In this document: positions 59,381 through 64,000 of the stretch, one piece after another
Layout of the letters: each line of letters starts with the position of its first letter
Position numbering within the stretch: the stretch's first letter is position 1
Source: an uncultured delta proteobacterium
GTDB taxonomy: Bacteria > Myxococcota_A > Polyangia > Haliangiales > Haliangiaceae
Reading direction: 5' to 3'
Length of the DNA: 64,000 nt
Assembly (NCBI GenBank): GCA_963848295.1
Contig: CAWKDB010000002.1
Coordinates: 736,001-800,000 of the forward strand
The notes under the pieces: generated by a model
What the model was told of the DNA's origin: nothing
The model's database searches: none
The model's input: only the letters and a program-made list of their open reading frames with translations
Translations under genes and position numbers: made by a program

Positions 59381-61061
59381 GTCGGGTTGCCCCGGGTGTG
59401 ACCCGGGGCTCCCACAGATCCGGACGTGCCGATTTCCGGCATCCGGCTCTTCGTCCACGGGTTCGCTACGTCCGGTAGATGCTGTGGACGACCTTGGGCG
59501 GCAGAAGCGGATACCGCTTCAGCACGCGCATGAATCGTGGCCACGGCATCGCACCGCGTCCTGTCCGACGGTGCAGCCATTTCTGCCAGACACGGGTCAC
59601 CTCGTAAAAGAAACTCGAGAGCGCGTTGGCGTTTCCGGTGATACCGAAATAGCCGTAGTGCCAGCATCTGCGAGAGGTGTTTGTGCTGTCTGGCGATCTT
59701 GTCGTGCAGGTGAAGCCTGCACCACTGGCTGACCCGTCGAAGTGCGCGACCAAATCGACTGCGAGCCGTCTGCCGCTTCACCACCCACGTTTTCTTGAGC
59801 GACTTTCCCCAGAAGTGCGTGAAGCCGAGCAGATCAAAGCTCTCGGTGTCCACGTCCTTCGGGGTATCGCTCTTCTGCGGCCGGACAAACCTCACCAGCC
59901 GCGTCTTCGTTGGATGGAGCTTCAGTCCGTATTTGCCGAATCGTTTCGGCAGTACGTCCATCACCTTGCGAGCGTCACTTTCCGACGAGAATACGAGGAC
60001 AGCGTCGTCCGCGTACCGGACGAGAAACGCGTGGCCTTGCAGCCTAGGCTTCACGTCCGCCTCGAACCACGTGTCGAGCACCTCGTGTAAATAGACGTTC
60101 GCCAGGAGCGGCGAGATGACCCCGCCTTGTGGTGTTCCAGCATCGGCGTATCGCAGCTCGGTTGCTTCGAGGACGCCGGCCTTGAGCCACTTGTTGATCG
60201 TGCGACGCAGTACTCCGTCTCGTACTCGGCGGTCGAGGAAGCTCCGCAAGTGCTCGTGGACCAACGTGTCGAAGAAAGCTTCGATGTCGATCTCCAGCAC
60301 CCACCCACCCTGCATCTTCATCAAGCCGTCCCAAAGCGCCTGCAGAGCATCATGGGCCGAGCGCGCGGGTCGGAAGCCGTACGAGCAGTCCAAGAATTCC
60401 TGCTCGTAGATCGCCTCGCCAGCTCTGCTATCTGTTGCATTCTCGTGGGGATGTCCTTGGGACTCGAAGTTCCGGTCATCTTGCCCTCCAACAGTTCCGT
60501 GTTCCGGCCCGTCCTTCCCTCCACCGGGTCCCGTTGAGTTGGTTCCCCGGCTTCCTCGGTACTACGACGAGCTCCGACTTCCAGTCGTCCGTTCCGCCGC
60601 GCTTCGTTGCCTTCACGCGTCGGTTACCGTCGTCGTGCTCTTGTTCGCTTCCCTGCGCACGAGCACGGCGCGCATGGACCTGGACCCGATCATCGGCGGC
60701 CCTCCCCGAATCTTCGACGGAGACGGTGGATCTCCCAGGTTCCTGGCGAACCTCACGTGTGCAACCCGCTCCGCTCTTTGACCCCGGCAGGACCTTCGCG
60801 CTCAGGCCAGACGACGCGCGTCGGTGCTGCGTCCGCATCAGCATACGGCGGACGCTCCCAGCGATTGTGCTCTCGAGGCTCGATCACGCAGCAGTTGCAC
60901 TCCCTGTGTACGCTTCGTAGCGCCGGTTTCCCGACGACCACGCAACACTCGGTTCCGGGTGGTGGCCACCTTTCCCGGGCAGCGGTTGAAACGCTGCAAG
61001 GTTCGATCGAGAGGTTTCAGTTATCCATCCGTTCTCCTCTCCCAGGCTTTGCCTGGCGCAC
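59381..61061 (-). mobile_element. Group II intron with degenerate RT (class E-like by inference)
   Basis: 5' GTGCG at 61061-61057; domain V GAGCCGGATGCCGGAAATCGGCACGTCCGGATC (59449-59417) with AGC triad; domain VI hairpin ending AC at 59381. Confidence 0.92.
59466..60479 (-). pseudogene. ltrA: Intron-encoded reverse transcriptase/maturase, internally deleted and frameshifted
   Basis: GGAGGG RBS and ATG at 60479; SYGFRP, DIEAFFD, GTPQGGVISPLLAN, RYADD, FDLLGF, HYGYFG. Deletion near 60412-60417 and frameshift near 59662; no endonuclease domain. Confidence 0.88.
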
Positions 61062-61602
61062 ATGCCGCTCAGATAACGTTGACCTTGACCTGAACGGTGA
61101 ACCTGAACTTGAACGGCACCTTAGACGTTGTCGTTGACACCGCAACTCCAGAGTTGTGTGGCCGATAGCCCGGTCATGCTCAGCTTCCAGAAGCTTCGCG
61201 TCGATCAACGCTCGATCGAGTTCCTCGCGCTGGCACTGGAGATCATCGGCGAGCTTCCGAAGGGTCATGCCGCGCTTGCCGATCAGCTGGTCCGCGCCGT
61301 CCAGTCGCAACCTCGTAACATCGCCGAGGGTGCGGGTCGTCGCACGAACGTCGATCAGGCTCGCTTCTACACGCACGCGCGCGGCTCCGCGATGGAGGCC
61401 GCAGCGGCTTTGGACACGATGCGAGTCATGAAGTTGGTCGGCGAGACGACCTACGCGCGCGGCATCGATCTACTTGAAGCATCGTGGCGATGCTCACCAA
61501 GATGAACTGATCGGGTCGACGTCAATGTCCAAGGTGGCGTTGATGTTCATGTTCATGTCGATCATGTCGAGGTCAAGGTCAACGCACTTATCTGAGCGGC
61601 AT
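61062..61602. mobile_element. Inverted-repeat-bounded cassette carrying a four-helix-bundle gene
   Basis: ATGCCGCTCAGATAA (61062-61076) is the exact reverse complement of 61588-61602; CGTTGACCTTGACCT (61077-61091) is the exact reverse complement of 61570-61584; degenerate hexamer tracts lie inside both arms. Confidence 0.7.
61176..61510 (+). CDS. Four helix bundle protein (23S rRNA IVS / bAvd-like), apparent 1-bp frameshift near the C-terminus
   Basis: FQKLRVDQ, LADQLVRA..S...NIAEG.GR, ARGSAME. The typical ending IVAMLTKM lies in another frame from about 61480. Confidence 0.85.
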
Positions 61603-61675
61603 TGGTACTAGCCCGCGCGCCGGCGGCGCTCCGGGTCGGTCTGCTTGTTCTGCGAAGTGCGCTATTCTCCGGCGC

Positions 61676-62557
61676 GTGAAGCGCCTCGTCGTCGCCTTCA
61701 TCGCGGTCGCCGGGTTCGGCACCGCGCGATTCGCGCGCACCGCGGCGCAAGCCGAGTCGGTGGGAGGCGGCGCCGACGATGTCTACGCGCCGTCCCCCGG
61801 CGCGGCCCCGTTTGTCTCGCTCGGCTATCGCGAGCTCGCGGCCGACGTGCTGTTCGTCCGGTTGCGCGGTTACTTCGGCGGCGACCACAACACCGCGGAT
61901 GGCATCGCGTCACTGGTCGAGGCGATCGTCGCGCTCGATCCGCAGTTCCATCGCGTCTATGACTATGGCGCGCGAGCCATGGAGCTCGCCACGACCGGGG
62001 TCGGCAACGCGATCTACCTGCGTGCGATCGGCGTGCTCCGCACCGGGATGAAGGCGTTTCCCGACGACTGGAAGCTGCCGGATCTCGCGAGCGAGATCTA
62101 TACGCAGGATCTCCAGACCGACGATCCGGCGAAGCGCCGCGAGTGGGACGAGAAGGGCACACTGCTCGCCGAATCGGCGCTACGCAAGCCCGGCGCACCG
62201 CAGGAGGCGGCGACGTGGGTTGCGACGATGCGCACCCGGCTCGGCCAACACGAGCGCGCCGCCGCCGGCCTCAAGGAGATGCTGCTCGTCACGAACGATC
62301 CGACGACGCGAGCCCGGCTGATCGACAAGCTCGCCGCGCTCGACCACGCCGACGCCGCCGAGATCGCGGGCGAGATCTACGAGCAGCGCCGCAAGTTCGA
62401 ACAGGCGTGGCGCGCCGACCGCCCCACCCTGCCCGCGACGATGTACATCCTGCTCGGCCCTCACCCGCGGCCCGGGTTTGACCTCGGCGATCTCGCGACC
62501 GGAGGCCGAGACCTCACCCGGACGGACGAGATCGAGAAGCTGCCGCCGGTCGACTGA
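61676..62557 (+). CDS. Exported TPR-like helical protein (resembles the deltaproteobacterial PilG-like family)
   Basis: SLGYRELAADVLFVR...YFG, LDPQF..VY.YGA, G.KAFPDDW.L. Confidence 0.6.
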   Translation: MKRLVVAFIAVAGFGTARFARTAAQAESVGGGADDVYAPSPGAAPFVSLGYRELAADVLFVRLRGYFGGDHNTADGIASLVEAIVALDPQFHRVYDYGARAMELATTGVGNAIYLRAIGVLRTGMKAFPDDWKLPDLASEIYTQDLQTDDPAKRREWDEKGTLLAESALRKPGAPQEAATWVATMRTRLGQHERAAAGLKEMLLVTNDPTTRARLIDKLAALDHADAAEIAGEIYEQRRKFEQAWRADRPTLPATMYILLGPHPRPGFDLGDLATGGRDLTRTDEIEKLPPVD

Positions 62558-62571
62558 GCTCGCGCACGCTA

Positions 62572-62670
62572 CAAGGTGACAATAGAGACACCGTCACCAA
62601 TTTCCTTGAACAGATACCTGCGGTTGGCGCGGGGCTCACGCGCGCAAGGTGACAAAAGAGACAGCGTCCC
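62572..62670 (-). repeat. Repeat doublet 4 (period 73)
   Basis: CAAGGTGACAATAGAGACACCGTCACC (62572-62598) and CAAGGTGACAAAAGAGACAGCGTCCC (62645-62670). Confidence 0.9.
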
Positions 62671-64000
62671 TATTTCGGAAGGCGGTCCGAGTAGTCTTTG
62701 ATCAAGATCGCCGGCGGGTCGGCGTGGATGTCGACGCTGTAGGTCTCTTTGATCCCGAACTCGTTGTTAATGAGCGTGATCTTGTGGACGCCGACGGGGA
62801 TCGCGTACGCCCTCTGCGGCGTCTGCAGGCCGGTGTCTTTGCCGTCGACGTGGATGTTGCACGGCGGCTTCGAGTTGAGGCGCAGGACGCCCATTTTCGG
62901 GACGGTGTCGGCGGGGTGCTCGTTGTGCTCGTTGGTCGCGACGCCGCCATCGGTCTTCGGCGGCGTCTCGGTCACGGCCTTGTGCTCCGGCTGGTTCGTG
63001 CGCAGCGGATTCGTCGCGACGGTCGGGTGCTGCGGGGGCGTCCCGGCGGAGTTGGTGTGCGGCGGGTTCGCGTGCGTCGGCTGGGTGACCGGTCCGGTCG
63101 CTGCGATCGGGGGCGTCCCTGCGGTCGGCGGTGCACCAGCGGCTTCGAGATCGACCGTGATCTTCTCGTCGGGGGCTCCGCTGAACGAGATCGGGCGATT
63201 GATCGACACCGCGCCGGGCTTCTCGAACAGCACCGCATAGGTCTTGCGCGGGTCGAGCGTCGCCTGCTGCGGGCTTGGCCCGAGGAGCTGGCGCTTGCCG
63301 TCGACGATCAGCGACACGGTGGCGCCCTGCGGATTGGAATCAAAGTGACCGGTCACCGAGATCGCGTCGAGCGTGATCTCGACCTTCGACGCCTGGCTGA
63401 GCTCGACGCTGACGGTCTTGTTCGCGCTCATGAACCCGATCGGGGCATCGATCGCGATCGTGTGCACGCCGGGCGCGATGTCGCGGATCCGCGCCGGGAC
63501 GTTGATCTGTTGCTCGACGCCGTCGAGCTTCCAGCCCTTGACCGTGCTCGGCGTGACGTAGAGGTCGAAGCCGGTCTTGTCGTCGCCGGCGACCCGCGGT
63601 GGTTCGGCTGGGGCCGCCGAGCCCGGCGGTTGAGCTGGAGCCGTCCCAGCCGTGGCCGCCGTCATCGTCGTCGGCTTATTGCCGCCGCTGGTCACGGCGA
63701 TCACGATCACCACGGTCAGCACGACCAACGCAGCCGCGATGATCGCGATCGTCATCGTGCGCTTTTTCTGCTGGCGACGATGCGCGGCGGAGCTGCCGAA
63801 CATCGGCTGCTCCTCGAACGCCGACGGATACATCATCGGCGCGGGTGGCTGCGACACGAGGCGAACCGGCGCCGAGCTCTCGCGGGGTTGCGCGAGCGAT
63901 GCGACCAGCGCGGCCGCCGGATCTTCGTAGTGCGCGGGGACGGGGCCCTTCTGCGAACCGGCGGCAGAGATCCGCGGCGGCTCGATCATCGTCGGTGCGT
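62670..64000 (-). CDS. C-terminal part of a membrane protein with PEGA domains (5' end outside the window)
   Basis: TM helix followed by SNPQGATV, LNSKPPCNIHVDGKDTGLQTP, PVGVHKITL. Confidence 0.8.
   Translation of the reverse strand, partial: APTMIEPPRISAAGSQKGPVPAHYEDPAAALVASLAQPRESSAPVRLVSQPPAPMMYPSAFEEQPMFGSSAAHRRQQKKRTMTIAIIAAALVVLTVVIVIAVTSGGNKPTTMTAATAGTAPAQPPGSAAPAEPPRVAGDDKTGFDLYVTPSTVKGWKLDGVEQQINVPARIRDIAPGVHTIAIDAPIGFMSANKTVSVELSQASKVEITLDAISVTGHFDSNPQGATVSLIVDGKRQLLGPSPQQATLDPRKTYAVLFEKPGAVSINRPISFSGAPDEKITVDLEAAGAPPTAGTPPIAATGPVTQPTHANPPHTNSAGTPPQHPTVATNPLRTNQPEHKAVTETPPKTDGGVATNEHNEHPADTVPKMGVLRLNSKPPCNIHVDGKDTGLQTPQRAYAIPVGVHKITLINNEFGIKETYSVDIHADPPAILIKDYSDRLPK

Noticed and set aside
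59370..59381. Integron attC site at the intron insertion point
   Set aside because: CCCTAAC only partly fits RYYYAAC, I found no matching attC structure, and there is no integrase or cassette array.
58426..60393. 655-aa RT ORF as listed in the ORF track
   Set aside because: After the frameshift near 59662 it runs through intron domains V/VI and antisense to the adaptor gene; the tail is not real protein.
59466..61510. Diversity-generating retroelement (RT plus Avd-like gene)
   Set aside because: The RT has the PQG motif and sits inside clear intron domains V and VI; no template/variable repeat pair was found nearby.

Overview
GC-rich (roughly 70% by eye) bacterial DNA. The gene content (IgGFc-binding and MYXO-CTERM surface proteins, many lipoproteins, Hanks kinases, PilZ, PEGA) points by inference to a Myxococcota genome, probably Kofleriaceae/Haliangiales-like. 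Recognisable genes include gcvP, mch, pspA with a receiver-fused PspF-like activator, an ECF sigma/anti-sigma pair, tmk, lysC, a neprosin-domain protease, a MutH/Sau3AI-like nuclease coupled to a THUMP methyltransferase, a cytochrome-porin-cytochrome operon (about 33 heme motifs), and a damaged RiPP locus (LanB, TolC, REC-GAF-HlyD, C39 ABC exporter, second adaptor; no LanC or precursor visible). The most unusual signals are non-genic. (1) Four intergenic doublets of a ~26-30 bp repeat recur at a fixed 73-75 bp period with unrelated spacers. (2) A family of 57-bp (19-codon) palindromic units sits in frame in three unrelated genes. (3) A four-helix-bundle (IVS/bAvd-like) gene is wrapped in hexamer tracts and terminal inverted repeats, and a group II intron sits exactly at the edge of that repeat with an EBS1 candidate that matches it. 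Several genes carry internal deletions or frameshifts, which may be real decay or assembly error. No tRNA, rRNA or true CRISPR array was seen. All calls come from reading motifs by eye; no database searches were run.
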